DNA of 64,000 bases from Obrimoposthia wandeli. Taxonomy: Eukaryota. The notes below the pieces were generated by a model. The model ran no database searches. It had not been told where the DNA came from and saw only the letters and a list, made by a program, of their open reading frames with translations. A program made the translations under genes and the position numbers. The stretch spans positions 1-64,000 of the forward strand of contig CDROCS010000252.1 in the NCBI GenBank assembly GCA_977020255.1, given 5' to 3'. Shown here piece after piece: positions 17,251 through 28,236 of the stretch; the first letter of the stretch is position 1, and every line of letters starts with the position of its first letter.

Positions 17251-18861
17251 ATGCCAGTATTAAAAACTTCCGCGAATGCTAATAGCGAAGAGTTTAAAAA
17301 GAATAAACAACACAACCTTGATCTTGTTGATGATCTTTACCAACACATTGAAATCATAAAACAAGGCGGTGGTGAAAAGTCACTTGCCCGTCATATTAGC
17401 CGTGGCAAGTTACCGCCGCGCGAACGGGTAAATAAATTACTCGATGAAGGCGCTCCGTTTTTAGAAATTGGTCAGCTAGCCGCCTTAGGCGTTTATGCTG
17501 ACAATATTCCTGGCGCGGGTGTGATTGCAGGTGTCGGCCGAGTCTCTGGTGTTGAGTGCATGATCGTCGTCAACGACGCGACTGTAAAAGGCGGAACCTA
17601 TTATCCACTGTCAGTTAAAAAGCATTTGCGTGCACAAGAAATTGCTGCGAAAAATCGTTTACCTTGCATCTATTTAGTCGATTCTGGCGGTGCCAATTTA
17701 CCGCAGCAAGCTGAAGTTTTTCCAGACCGAGATCATTTTGGTCGCATCTTTTTTAATCAAGCTAATATGTCAGCTCGTGGTATTCCACAAATTGCAGCAG
17801 TAATGGGTTCTTGTACTGCAGGCGGCGCTTATGTGCCTGCGATGAGCGACGAATCGATTATTGTAAAAGAACAAGGTACGATTTTTCTTGCGGGGCCACC
17901 CTTAGTAAAAGCGGCGACGGGGGAAGAAGTCAGCTCAGAGGATTTAGGCGGCGGCGATATGCATACCCGGATATCCGGTGTTGTTGATCATCTGGCAGAA
18001 GATGATGAGCATGCTCTTGCCCTCGTTCGACAAGCGGTTAAAAATCTTAATTGGCAAAAGCCGATTGCAATGAATCTTGCAAGCCAAGTTAATGAACCGC
18101 TTTACCCTGCCGAAGATTTATACGGCCTAGTGCCCACCGATTTAAAGAAACCTTTTGATGCGCGCGAACTCATTGCGCGTTTATTAGATGGTTCTGAATT
18201 TGATGAATATAAAGCACGCTTTGGTACAACACTTGTTTGCGGCTTCGGTTCTCTTTATGGCTACCCTGTCGGCATCGTTGCCAATAACGGCATATTGTTT
18301 TCAGAGTCAGCACAAAAAGGTGCTAATTTTATTGAGCTATGTTGCCAACGAAAAATCCCATTATTATTTTTACAAAATATCACCGGCTTTATGGTCGGTC
18401 AGAAGTATGAACAAGAAGGCATTGCTAAACATGGCGCTAAAATGGTGAACGCTGTTGCTTGTGCAAAGGTGCCTAAATTGACGTTAGTCTTTGGTGGTAG
18501 CTTTGGTGCAGGGAATTATGGAATGTGTGGTCGAGCATACGATCCAAACTTTATGTTCATGTGGCCTAATGCTCGCATCTCCGTAATGGGCGGCGAGCAA
18601 GCCGCCAGTGTAATGGCACAAGTGACTCGCGATGCAAAAGAAAAACGCGGTGAGACTTGGTCTGCGGAAGAAGAAAGCCAGTTTAAACAACCTCTGCTTA
18701 AAAAATATGAAGACGAAGGCCATCCCTATTACGCCAGTGCCCGCTTATGGGATGATGGCATTATTGATCCTGCACAGAGCCGCGAAGTATTAGGTCTCGC
18801 CCTATCTGCTTGTTTAAATGCACCCATTGAAGAGACGCAGTTTGGCGTCTTTAGAATGTAG
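17251..18861 (+). CDS. liuB: 3-methylcrotonyl-CoA carboxylase beta subunit
   Basis: [45 protein letters not shown]. Confidence 0.96.
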   Translation: MPVLKTSANANSEEFKKNKQHNLDLVDDLYQHIEIIKQGGGEKSLARHISRGKLPPRERVNKLLDEGAPFLEIGQLAALGVYADNIPGAGVIAGVGRVSGVECMIVVNDATVKGGTYYPLSVKKHLRAQEIAAKNRLPCIYLVDSGGANLPQQAEVFPDRDHFGRIFFNQANMSARGIPQIAAVMGSCTAGGAYVPAMSDESIIVKEQGTIFLAGPPLVKAATGEEVSSEDLGGGDMHTRISGVVDHLAEDDEHALALVRQAVKNLNWQKPIAMNLASQVNEPLYPAEDLYGLVPTDLKKPFDARELIARLLDGSEFDEYKARFGTTLVCGFGSLYGYPVGIVANNGILFSESAQKGANFIELCCQRKIPLLFLQNITGFMVGQKYEQEGIAKHGAKMVNAVACAKVPKLTLVFGGSFGAGNYGMCGRAYDPNFMFMWPNARISVMGGEQAASVMAQVTRDAKEKRGETWSAEEESQFKQPLLKKYEDEGHPYYASARLWDDGIIDPAQSREVLGLALSACLNAPIEETQFGVFRM

Positions 18862-18864
18862 AGG

Positions 18865-19698
18865 TTGAAGATCATGACAGATAATACGTCTCTAACAGCG
18901 CCTTTAGCCTCTCCGTTATTAGTTGAACATGATAACGGCGTTACCACACTGACGCTAAACCGTCCGGCAATTAATAATGCCTTCGATGACGAAATGATTA
19001 GCTTAATGATTATGGCGTTAGACGACTGCCGCCTTAATGATGATGTCAAAGTGGTTAAACTAACCGGAGCTGGAAAACACTTTTCTGCCGGAGCCGATCT
19101 TAATTGGATGCGCCGCATGGCCGATCTTGATTACAGTGAAAACCGAGAAGATGCCGGGCAACTCGCTCGATTAATGAGCACCCTTTACCATTTAAACAAA
19201 CCAACTATTGCTCAAATAAGTGGCGCTTCGTATGGCGGTGCTATTGGGCTTATCGCTTGCTGTGATATTGCCATCGCCAGCGAGAAAAGTATTTTTTGTT
19301 TAAGCGAAGTTAAAATTGGATTAATACCCGCCGTTATCAGCCCTTATGTGGTAAAAGCCATTGGCGAGCGCCAAGCTCGCCGATACTTTATCACTGGCGA
19401 AGTGATTAAATCTGAACAAGCACTCACACTGGATTTAATCCACGAAATCGTTCCCTCAGAAAATCTAAACTTTCGGGTCGATGAGATAGTTTCGTCCATG
19501 CTCAATAATGGCCCCAAAGCGATGGGCATGAGTAAAGCACTGGTACAAAAAGTTGCTAATGAGACACTGGACGAAAACCTGATCCATCATACTCGTGATC
19601 TTATTGCTCAAATTCGTGTATCAGAAGAAGGCCAAGAAGGCTTATCTGCCTTTTTAGAAAAACGCCCTGCTAACTGGATAAAGGCGAACTCAAAATGA
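18865..19698 (+). CDS. liuC: Methylglutaconyl-CoA hydratase
   Basis: HFSAGADLNWM, FCLSEVKIGLIPAVISPYV; position in liu operon. Confidence 0.92.
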   Translation: MKIMTDNTSLTAPLASPLLVEHDNGVTTLTLNRPAINNAFDDEMISLMIMALDDCRLNDDVKVVKLTGAGKHFSAGADLNWMRRMADLDYSENREDAGQLARLMSTLYHLNKPTIAQISGASYGGAIGLIACCDIAIASEKSIFCLSEVKIGLIPAVISPYVVKAIGERQARRYFITGEVIKSEQALTLDLIHEIVPSENLNFRVDEIVSSMLNNGPKAMGMSKALVQKVANETLDENLIHHTRDLIAQIRVSEEGQEGLSAFLEKRPANWIKANSK

Positions 19699-21848
19699 AT
19701 TCTTCGACCATAAAGAAAACAGCGATCACTAAAATCCTGATTGCCAACCGCGGTGAAATTGCTTGCCGAATTATTCATACGGCAAAAAAGATGGGCATAA
19801 AAACCGTTGCTATTTATTCAACCGCCGATGCTCAATCAAAGCACGTTCAGCTTGCCGACGAAGCCGTTTGGATTGGTGAAGCCGCGCCTAAAGACAGTTA
19901 TTTACGCGGTGAAAATATCATTCAAGCCGCTAAAGACTCTGGTGCCCAAGCTATTCACCCAGGTTATGGTTTTTTATCTGAGAATGCGCCTTTCTCAAAA
20001 CTTTGTGACGATAACCAGCTCATTTTCATTGGTCCACCGGCCAGCGCAATGGAAGCCATGGGACTGAAGGCCCAAGCAAAAATCCGTATGGAGGCAGCAA
20101 ACGTTCCTCTTGTGCCTGGCTATCATGGCGACGATCAATCTGTTGAAAGAATTAAACAAGCCTGTCTTGAAATTGGCTTTCCTGTTTTATTAAAAGCTTC
20201 CGCCGGTGGTGGTGGTAAAGGCATGCGAGTTGTTGAATCATTAGAAAGCATTGAAGATGATATTGCTGGCGCGCAACGTGAAGGTTTAAATTCTTTTGGT
20301 GATAGCCATTTATTAGCTGAAAAATATTTGGCAAGACCGCGGCATATTGAAATTCAATTATTCTGTGATCAACAAGGCAATGGCGTTTATTTATTTGAGC
20401 GTGATTGTTCTATTCAACGTCGCCATCAAAAAATTGTTGAAGAAGCACCCGCGCCAAATTTCCCTGAATCTATTCGTCAAGCGATGGGTGAAGCCGCACT
20501 GAAAGCCGCTCATGCGATTGGCTATGTCGGCGCTGGAACCGTTGAATTTTTGTATGAAAATGGTGAGTTTTATTTCATGGAAATGAATACTCGCTTACAA
20601 GTAGAGCACCCTATTTCTGAATACATTACAGGACAGGACTTAGTCGCGTGGCAAATTAAAGTCGCGGCGGGCGAACCACTTCCGGTTACCCAAGATGATC
20701 TGAAGATTCATGGTCATGCAATTGAGGTGCGCTTATACGCTGAAGATCCCGATAATAATTTCTTACCGACAGCCGGAAAAATTGACGATTTTATTTACCC
20801 TGAATCGAGCCATTTCGGATTAGATTATGAACAGGGTATTCGCATGGATACGGGGGTTGTTTCAGGCGATGAGGTTTCGCCTTTTTATGATCCGATGATT
20901 GCTAAGTTAATTGTTTGGGGCAAAGATCGTAGTACTGCTATTCGCAAACTCAAGAATGCCCTACATCATACTCATATCACGGGTTTAACTAACAACATAC
21001 GTTATTTAGAAAAACTAATCGGTCTTGAGTCGTTTGGAGAAGCCAAGCTTGATACTCACTTTGTTGAAGATAATGCTGAGGCGATAAAAGCCAGTGGAAT
21101 ATTATCTGCACAACAACTGCGTTTGCATCAAATCTTTGCCGCTTGGACGCTGTATCAACAGCGTTCAGATGAAAGCCATAATGATAATAGCCAAAATAAA
21201 ATTCAGTCGAATGATGTTCATTCTCCGTGGAAAATGAAAAACGGCTGGCGACTGAATGGTGGCCATAGCGACCCGATAATTTTATTGGCACCTGAAGAAA
21301 CTACGATTCAGTTTCAGCCTCTGCCGTCTGGTAATTATTCGGTCTTGCTTGGCGAGCATCGCTATACCCTTCAAGCGCCTGCAGAGTTATGTGCTCAGTC
21401 TAATCCAACGAATCTAAGCTTGATGATTAAAAGTTCTAATCTCAACGATACTAATCAAAACGGCACAAATCACAGCAGCACTGACCAAAACAATTTAGAG
21501 CAATCAATCAAGGCACAAGTTTTATTCACTAGCGATAAAATCCAAGTGCACAGCCATTATGGCAGCAGTGAATTTATTCAGCCTGCGCGCTTAACGACCA
21601 GTCAGAATGAAGAAGAAAACGAACAGGGCTTACATGCACCGATGAATGGTTGCCTTACCGAAGTTCGAGTTAAAAGTGGTGATCAGGTTAATCGCGGAGA
21701 TGTTCTCGTGATAATGGAAGCGATGAAAATGGAGCATACGATCAAGGCACCACATGACGGCACCATCGCCGAGATATTTTTCAAGCAAGGTGATCTTATC
21801 GACGAAGGTCGTGAGATTCTTTCTTTCTTAGATGAAAGTGAAGAATGA
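19695..21848 (+). CDS. liuD: 3-methylcrotonyl-CoA carboxylase alpha (biotin) subunit
   Basis: ANRGEIA, GGGGKGMR, MNTRLQVEHP, biotin site EAMKMEH. Confidence 0.95.
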   Translation: MNSSTIKKTAITKILIANRGEIACRIIHTAKKMGIKTVAIYSTADAQSKHVQLADEAVWIGEAAPKDSYLRGENIIQAAKDSGAQAIHPGYGFLSENAPFSKLCDDNQLIFIGPPASAMEAMGLKAQAKIRMEAANVPLVPGYHGDDQSVERIKQACLEIGFPVLLKASAGGGGKGMRVVESLESIEDDIAGAQREGLNSFGDSHLLAEKYLARPRHIEIQLFCDQQGNGVYLFERDCSIQRRHQKIVEEAPAPNFPESIRQAMGEAALKAAHAIGYVGAGTVEFLYENGEFYFMEMNTRLQVEHPISEYITGQDLVAWQIKVAAGEPLPVTQDDLKIHGHAIEVRLYAEDPDNNFLPTAGKIDDFIYPESSHFGLDYEQGIRMDTGVVSGDEVSPFYDPMIAKLIVWGKDRSTAIRKLKNALHHTHITGLTNNIRYLEKLIGLESFGEAKLDTHFVEDNAEAIKASGILSAQQLRLHQIFAAWTLYQQRSDESHNDNSQNKIQSNDVHSPWKMKNGWRLNGGHSDPIILLAPEETTIQFQPLPSGNYSVLLGEHRYTLQAPAELCAQSNPTNLSLMIKSSNLNDTNQNGTNHSSTDQNNLEQSIKAQVLFTSDKIQVHSHYGSSEFIQPARLTTSQNEEENEQGLHAPMNGCLTEVRVKSGDQVNRGDVLVIMEAMKMEHTIKAPHDGTIAEIFFKQGDLIDEGREILSFLDESEE

Positions 21849-21861
21849 TTAAGGAAAGAAA

Positions 21862-22785
21862 ATGAAGTATCCAGATTCAGTGCGTATTGTCGAAGTCGGC
21901 CCAAGGGATGGTTTGCAAAATGAACAGCAGCCTATCTCTACAGCGGATAAAATCGAACTGATTCAGCGCTTAGCTCACGCTGGGATTGCCCATATTGAAG
22001 CAGGCAGTTTTGTATCCCCTAAATGGGTGCCACAAATGGCTGACTCGCTAGACGTTATGCTCGGCATTGAGCGCAAGGATACTGTGCGTTACGCCGCACT
22101 CACGCCCAATAAACGAGGATTCGATCAGGCCATTGCAGCGAATGCGACTGAAGTCGCTATCTTTGCCGCCGCTTCTGAAAGCTTCAGTCAAAAAAATATC
22201 AATTGCTCGATTGCTGAAAGCTTACAGCGCTTTGAAGAAATCATGGCCGCCGCAAAAGCCAAGAACATTCCTGTGCGCGGTTATGTTTCTTGCATATTGG
22301 GCTGCCCTTACGAAGGCCCCATAACCGAGCAGAACGCAGAAATTCATTTTGCTAAAGTAAAACAGGTTAGCCAGAAATTATTAGAGATGGGCTGCTATGA
22401 AGTCTCTCTTGGCGATACCATTGGCACAGGAACGCCGACGTTTACCGAACAACTTTTACAGACATTATTAGAAGACATTCCAAGCCATCAGCTCGCCGTG
22501 CACTTTCACGATACCTATGGCCAAGCACTGAGTAATATTTTAGTCGCACTGCAAAATGGCATTGCGACCATCGACTCTTCTATTGCCGGTTTAGGCGGCT
22601 GCCCGTATGCTGAAGGTGCCTCTGGCAATGTGGCTACTGAAGATGTGCTCTACATGCTAGAAGGTATGAATATTAAAACGGGCATTGAATTCAATAGTCT
22701 GATTAATACCGGTAATTGGATAAGCCAAAAACTGAAGCGTATTAATGGCTCCAAAGTCGGTCTGGCGCTTAGCTCCTTTCGCTAG
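21862..22785 (+). CDS. liuE: Hydroxymethylglutaryl-CoA lyase
   Basis: EVGPRDGLQNE, SLGDTIG, HFHDTYGQAL, GLGGCPYA.GASGNVATED. Confidence 0.95.
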   Translation: MKYPDSVRIVEVGPRDGLQNEQQPISTADKIELIQRLAHAGIAHIEAGSFVSPKWVPQMADSLDVMLGIERKDTVRYAALTPNKRGFDQAIAANATEVAIFAAASESFSQKNINCSIAESLQRFEEIMAAAKAKNIPVRGYVSCILGCPYEGPITEQNAEIHFAKVKQVSQKLLEMGCYEVSLGDTIGTGTPTFTEQLLQTLLEDIPSHQLAVHFHDTYGQALSNILVALQNGIATIDSSIAGLGGCPYAEGASGNVATEDVLYMLEGMNIKTGIEFNSLINTGNWISQKLKRINGSKVGLALSSFR

Positions 22786-22842
22786 CCTAGCCGCTCTCAA
22801 TGTGGTACAAACGTACTTGTTTAATTTTTAGCGCTTATAATA

Positions 22843-24123
22843 ATGACAATAGCTACTACATTATCGACAGAATATTTCCACAGCATTAGCCAAGCATTGA
22901 AAGATGCTGGGGCTTTTCGCCCCACTCTTGTGGTGGATAAAACGCGCCTTGATGAAAACCTCGATCACCTCTTGGCGGTGATACAGAGCGGTTTCGAATA
23001 TCGTATTGTGGCGAAGTCTCTGCCATCAATTCCGTTATTAAAATACATAATGCAGCGCTCTGGCAGTAATCGCCTGATGAGTTTTCACCTGCCTTTTTTA
23101 TTCCATGTGGCTAAACATTTACCTCACGCAGATGTGCTACTAGGCAAACCTATGCCTGTTGCCGCAGCACGCCAATTTTATCAATGGCACCAATCGCTAG
23201 ACAGCTCTAGTTTTAACCCAAAAAGGCAATTACATTGGTTAGTCGATAGTGTTGAACGTTTACAGCAATATCAAGATTTAGCAAAAGAGCTTAATTGCTC
23301 ATTAAACATCAACTTAGAACTTGATGTGGGTTTGCACAGAGGCGGCTTTAATGCCGATAACCAACAACTAAAATCAGAATTAAACCACGCATTAGAAATA
23401 ATAAAAGCCGATAAACGCTTAATACTGACGGGGCTAATGGGCTATGAAGCTCATGCCAGTAAAATCCCTAAATTACTCGGCGGTACGGATAAAGCATTTA
23501 AACTGGCAATGCATTCTTATCAAGCGTGCCTTCAACAGGTGATTAATACCTTTGGCCAAGATTTCTGTGATTCATTAATTTTAAATGCTGGCGGTAGCAG
23601 TACTTATCCGCTGTATAAAAAATCTGAGGGACACTCTTCGTTCATCAATGAAATTGCCACAGCTTCTGCATTAGTAAAACCTATAGATTTTGATGTCCAT
23701 ACTTTAGAGCACCATAAACCTGCGTGTTTTATTGCAGCACCCGTCCTAAAACTCGTAGGCAAACCTGAAATACCTATGTTGAAAGGACTTTCTACGTTTT
23801 TGCGCACTGTTGGCTTACTGCCAAAGCAAGGCTGCTTTATTTATGGTGGTAATTGGCTAGCATCACCTTGCTTTCCCGAGGGTAGCAAGCACGCGAAAAT
23901 ATTTGGCCATTCAAGTAACCAAGAAATGTATGAACTTAAAGATAATAATTCTATAAAAGTGGATGATTACCTTTTCTTTCGCCCAACTCAAAGTGAATCC
24001 GTATTTTTACAATTTGGTGAAATCGCCGTATTTGAAGAAGGTAGCATCATCGACTGGTGGCCTATTTTTCATTCAGAAAACATTAAATGCGAAGAAAAAA
24101 ATAATCATAAGGAATTCGCATGA
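22843..24123 (+). CDS. PLP-dependent alanine racemase-like / DSD1 family enzyme
   Basis: YRIVAKSLPS (PLP Lys), ELDVGLHRGG, LMGYEAH, GGSST, YLFFRPTQSE. Confidence 0.82.
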   Translation: MTIATTLSTEYFHSISQALKDAGAFRPTLVVDKTRLDENLDHLLAVIQSGFEYRIVAKSLPSIPLLKYIMQRSGSNRLMSFHLPFLFHVAKHLPHADVLLGKPMPVAAARQFYQWHQSLDSSSFNPKRQLHWLVDSVERLQQYQDLAKELNCSLNINLELDVGLHRGGFNADNQQLKSELNHALEIIKADKRLILTGLMGYEAHASKIPKLLGGTDKAFKLAMHSYQACLQQVINTFGQDFCDSLILNAGGSSTYPLYKKSEGHSSFINEIATASALVKPIDFDVHTLEHHKPACFIAAPVLKLVGKPEIPMLKGLSTFLRTVGLLPKQGCFIYGGNWLASPCFPEGSKHAKIFGHSSNQEMYELKDNNSIKVDDYLFFRPTQSESVFLQFGEIAVFEEGSIIDWWPIFHSENIKCEEKNNHKEFA

Positions 24124-25298
24124 TACTCGTATTGGCCTATTTATTAATTCCGGCACTCATTGTGATTGCCTGTCAAAAATTTTCCTTGCTTGATAAAGCA
24201 GGTGTCGTGATTTTATCATTTGGCCTCGGCATCGCGATTGCTGCGGGTTTAGATCTCACACTATTATTTGAAGCCGATACGATTAAAGCAGTACAAAAAG
24301 ATGTCTCTGAAATAACCATTGCTATCGCCCTGCCGCTATTACTTTTCTCGATTAATGTTAAAAGTGCCTTAAATATGGCAGGCGATACCATGAAGGGGAT
24401 GGCACTGGCTTTACTTTCGGTTATTGTCATCAGTACTGTTGGCGCTGTTATTTTTGCCGACCAGGTGGCCGATGTATGGCAGGTTGCAGGCATGTCAGTA
24501 GGTGCATACACCGGTGGTGGCCCAAACATGGCTGCGATCAAAACGGCCATTGATGGTAAAGAATCCATATTCATTACGATGGTGACTTACGACATATTAT
24601 TTTCAGCCATTTATTTAGTATTTGTAATGACGCTTGGCCAACGCGTTTTTGGTTTATTTTTACGTAAATATGAACCTAAAAATGAATCTGGTGAAATTGA
24701 TTATGACGGTATGGAGCATCTAGCCGATGAAACGGCTAACGGTTATAAGAAGCTTACTCAGGTAAAATTATTACCTCAAACTATTGCTGCGCTTTTAAGT
24801 TCCGGTATTGTCGTGGGCCTTGCATTATTTATTGCTAGCCTAGTGCCTGAAGCATATAAATCCACTACAACTATTATCGGTATTACTAGCTTAGGACTCG
24901 CCGCATCATTTATTCCTAAAATCCGTGATCTCGCCAATAGTTTTCAGTTGGGCATGTATTTAATTTTGGTGTTCTGTTTCACCATGGGCACCATGACCGA
25001 TACGAGTATCTTTACCAATATTGATTTAGGGCTTGCGGGCTATATCAGTTTTATATTACTTGGCTCGCTGATCATGCAGGCGATACTTTGTAAGATATTT
25101 AAGGTCGATACCGATACTTTTTTAATTACCTCTTCTGCCGCAATCATGTCTGTGCCTTTTATTCCGGTGATTGCAGGCGCATTAAAAAATCGTGAAATTT
25201 TATTACCTGGTTTTGCTGCTGCGATTCTTGGTTATGCGGTAGGAAATTACTTAGGCATTATCGTTGCCAATGTCAGCCGAAGTTTAGTTGGCGCCTAG
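24120..25298 (+). CDS. Polytopic membrane protein, DUF819-like
   Basis: ~11 hydrophobic segments; GAYTGGGPNMAAI, GYAVGNYLG; ATGA overlap with the upstream gene. Confidence 0.75.
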   Translation: MILVLAYLLIPALIVIACQKFSLLDKAGVVILSFGLGIAIAAGLDLTLLFEADTIKAVQKDVSEITIAIALPLLLFSINVKSALNMAGDTMKGMALALLSVIVISTVGAVIFADQVADVWQVAGMSVGAYTGGGPNMAAIKTAIDGKESIFITMVTYDILFSAIYLVFVMTLGQRVFGLFLRKYEPKNESGEIDYDGMEHLADETANGYKKLTQVKLLPQTIAALLSSGIVVGLALFIASLVPEAYKSTTTIIGITSLGLAASFIPKIRDLANSFQLGMYLILVFCFTMGTMTDTSIFTNIDLGLAGYISFILLGSLIMQAILCKIFKVDTDTFLITSSAAIMSVPFIPVIAGALKNREILLPGFAAAILGYAVGNYLGIIVANVSRSLVGA

Positions 25299-25318
25299 CT
25301 TTATATTGGTGCAAAAAA

Positions 25319-26086
25319 ATGATCAGTAATAAAACCATTTTAATTGCCGGAGCTTCCTCCGGCATTGGCCGCCAAGTGGCCTTATTATTAAGCCATCACA
25401 ATAATCGACTTATTGTCAGTGCACGCCGCCCGCAAGAACTTGAAAGCTTACGTAATGAGATCATTGCCAACGGTTCACAAGCGATTGTAGTGCCGTGCGA
25501 CGCATTATCTCAACAACAAGCACAAGCCTGTGTGCAACAAGCGATTGATACTTTTCAAACATTGGATATCGCTTTATTAAATATTGGTGATGGCCCTGCC
25601 TTTAATATGAGCAAAGCGAGTGTGGATGAAATCATCCACAATACTCAATTAAACTACGGTACCCAAGTTAACTTCTTAGTGCCTTTAATTGCTCAGATGA
25701 AGCGACAAGGTCATGGCTTGATTGCCCATACAAACTCCCTAGCAGGTTTTCTTGGTTTACCTATGCAAGGGCCCTATTCTGCAGCGAAAGCGGCTGGTCG
25801 TATCCTTATGGACAGCTGTCGTATCGAATTGAAACCCTTTGGTTTGAAGTTTGTCTCTATTTACCCCGGTTTTGTTGCGACTCAGCGTGTGCAAGGCGAT
25901 GGTATCCCCTCCCCTTTCGAAATTAGCGAAGTCGATGCGGCCAAACATGTGGTGAGAGCTTTAGAGAAAGAAAAAGCGGATTATCTTTTTCCCTTTATGA
26001 CCGCTAACCTAATACGCTTAGCTAGAATATTGCCTAAATCATTAACCAATAAGTTACTTGCCAAATCCGTTCCTGCGGATTATTAG
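25319..26086 (+). CDS. Short-chain dehydrogenase/reductase
   Basis: GASSGIG, YSAAK, PGFVAT. Confidence 0.92.
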   Translation: MISNKTILIAGASSGIGRQVALLLSHHNNRLIVSARRPQELESLRNEIIANGSQAIVVPCDALSQQQAQACVQQAIDTFQTLDIALLNIGDGPAFNMSKASVDEIIHNTQLNYGTQVNFLVPLIAQMKRQGHGLIAHTNSLAGFLGLPMQGPYSAAKAAGRILMDSCRIELKPFGLKFVSIYPGFVATQRVQGDGIPSPFEISEVDAAKHVVRALEKEKADYLFPFMTANLIRLARILPKSLTNKLLAKSVPADY

Positions 26087-26138
26087 CCTCTTAACCCGCG
26101 CACCCCCTTCAGGTACACTGAGCTCATAATTATTAACC

Positions 26139-27011
26139 TTGAGCTCCGTTATGCAGACCCAAGAACTTCATATTAAAACCTCCGATGGCTATCAAGTTGC
26201 GACGACCTTGTTTATTCCTCATGGCGATCCTAAAGCCACCGTTATCATCAACAGTGCAACAGGGGTTCTACGCCAATACTATAATGGCTTCGCTCGCTTT
26301 CTTGCAGAGCAAGGCTTGCAAGTTATTAGTTATGATTACCGAGGCATTGGTGGCAGCCGCACACGCAGTACCACAGATAAAGCTTTAAGCATGGTTAATT
26401 GGGGCCGTGAAGATTATCGCGGTGTCGTCGATTGGGTGGAAGCTCACTATCCCGAACATAAAATATTAGGTGTTGGTCATTCTATCGGTGGTCAACTATT
26501 AGGCTTATTACCCGATAACCATAGAATTACAGCCTACTTAAACATTGCATCACAGCATGCGCATTGGCAAAACTGGAGAGGAAAATTTAAAGCTCAAAGT
26601 TTTGTTTTTTTCCATGGCCTGCTGCCTATTTTTGGCTTTGCCGCTAAGCAGTTTCCTAAGTGGGTATTAGGCTCTGAAGCATTACCTAAACAGGTGACTA
26701 AAGATTGGTCACGCTTTGGTCGAAAATCTTTTTATAGCGATATTGATGGCAAAGATTTAAAAGAAGGCTTCCTAAATTATAAAGGAAAAATGCGATTTCT
26801 AGCCATCGCCGACGATCATGCGTTTGCTCCACCTAACGCAGTAAAATCATTAAAAGAAAATATTTATAAAAATGCTGAAGGAGAGTTGCTACTAGTCGAA
26901 CCTAAGCACTATGGAATGAAGCGTATAGATCATTTTGGTTTTTTCAAAAAAACGATGAACCAAAAAGCTTGGCTAGAGTGCGCTGATTGGCTTAGAAAAC
27001 AAGCGGACTAG
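26139..27011 (+). CDS. Alpha/beta hydrolase, COG4757-like (paralog 1)
   Basis: SATGV..YY..FA, YDYRGIG, GHSIGG nucleophile elbow, DD Asp, IDHFGFF His. Confidence 0.85.
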   Translation: MSSVMQTQELHIKTSDGYQVATTLFIPHGDPKATVIINSATGVLRQYYNGFARFLAEQGLQVISYDYRGIGGSRTRSTTDKALSMVNWGREDYRGVVDWVEAHYPEHKILGVGHSIGGQLLGLLPDNHRITAYLNIASQHAHWQNWRGKFKAQSFVFFHGLLPIFGFAAKQFPKWVLGSEALPKQVTKDWSRFGRKSFYSDIDGKDLKEGFLNYKGKMRFLAIADDHAFAPPNAVKSLKENIYKNAEGELLLVEPKHYGMKRIDHFGFFKKTMNQKAWLECADWLRKQAD

Positions 27012-27229
27012 AGCTGTTCCCTCGCAACTAATTAATCTGTTTAAAAACTAGCAATAAGTGAATAAACCCACCATTTAATAATCTATCATTACAATATAGT
27101 AATCAAAGAATACAATTAGAATATTATTCTAGCGATTTATAGTTTTACGTTATACAACCTATCTAGGCTCTCGTTTTGAGAAAGAGCCAGTTTCATAAGT
27201 TTCAGCATGAAAATAGATAAGGTGATTAT

Positions 27230-28081
27230 ATGACCATTAAAAATTTAACCATCACCACCGCAGATGGTTACCAGTTAAAAGCCAGCGAGTTCACTCCCAT
27301 TAACAGTAATGGCATTGGGCTTATTATCAACGGTGCTACCGGCGTTATTCGAAAGTACTATCAAGCCTTTGCCGAATTTTTAACCGAGCAAGGTTTCACT
27401 GTTTTAACCTATGAATTTAGAGGTATCGGTGAAAGTACTGAAGCTTCTGACAGCGCTCTAGCCCCTTCAATGATCCATTGGGGCCAACACGACATGGACG
27501 CCGTACTAAGCTTCTTTATTGATCGTCATCCTGAACTGAATATCAAAGGCATCGGTCATTCTATCGGCGGCCAACTACTGGGCATCATGCCAGATAATAA
27601 CCGTTACGAAAGCTTCCTCAATATTGCCTCACAGCATATCTATTGGAAAAATTGGCCGCTAAAAGATAGACCCTTAAGTATCGTTTTCTTTTTCGCTATC
27701 TTGCCTATTTTTTACAAGCTAACCGGTGGTCTGCCTTCTTGGGTATTAGGCGCAGAATATTTACCGAAACAGGTCGCGCGAGATTGGAGTCGATTTGGTC
27801 GTAAAAAAGCCTACATTGCTGATGAGAATGGCCAGCCATTACGAGAAGGTTTCAGCGCTTTTAAAGGGAAGATGCGCTTATACAGCATGGCGGATGATAA
27901 ACGCTTTGCGCCACCTAATTGTGTGCGTGAACTCGAAAAGCTTTACCACAATGCAGAAACTGATATTCAAACATTTCACCCTGAAGATTATGGAATGAAA
28001 GCGATTGATCATTTTGGTTTCTTTAAAAAGAATATGAATAAAAAAGCGTGGTTTGAAAGTGCTGAATGGTTGGCAAACTAA
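27230..28081 (+). CDS. Alpha/beta hydrolase, COG4757-like (paralog 2)
   Basis: GATGV, YEFRGIG, GHSIGGQLLG, DD, IDHFGFFKK; colinear with paralog 1. Confidence 0.85.
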   Translation: MTIKNLTITTADGYQLKASEFTPINSNGIGLIINGATGVIRKYYQAFAEFLTEQGFTVLTYEFRGIGESTEASDSALAPSMIHWGQHDMDAVLSFFIDRHPELNIKGIGHSIGGQLLGIMPDNNRYESFLNIASQHIYWKNWPLKDRPLSIVFFFAILPIFYKLTGGLPSWVLGAEYLPKQVARDWSRFGRKKAYIADENGQPLREGFSAFKGKMRLYSMADDKRFAPPNCVRELEKLYHNAETDIQTFHPEDYGMKAIDHFGFFKKNMNKKAWFESAEWLAN

Positions 28082-28115
28082 GCATCGAGAATAAGTGCAT
28101 AAAATTAATAGACAT

Positions 28116-28151
28116 AAAAAAACCCGCAACCGATAAATCGGAGCGGGTTTT
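28116..28151. terminator. Bidirectional terminator between convergent genes
   Basis: AAAAAAACCCGC...GCGGGTTTT. Confidence 0.8.
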
Positions 28152-28236
28152 AATGCATCGATGAGAATGCGCGACTTATTTAATATAAGCTTCTTTTTTA
28201 ATTTACTACTTTCTAGCTTCTGCTACTTAGCAGAAG

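Noticed and set aside
21160-21510. Asn/Ser/Gln-rich inserts in LiuD
   Set aside because: Fall in the variable linker region between catalytic and biotin domains; all key motifs intact, likely neutral loop expansion
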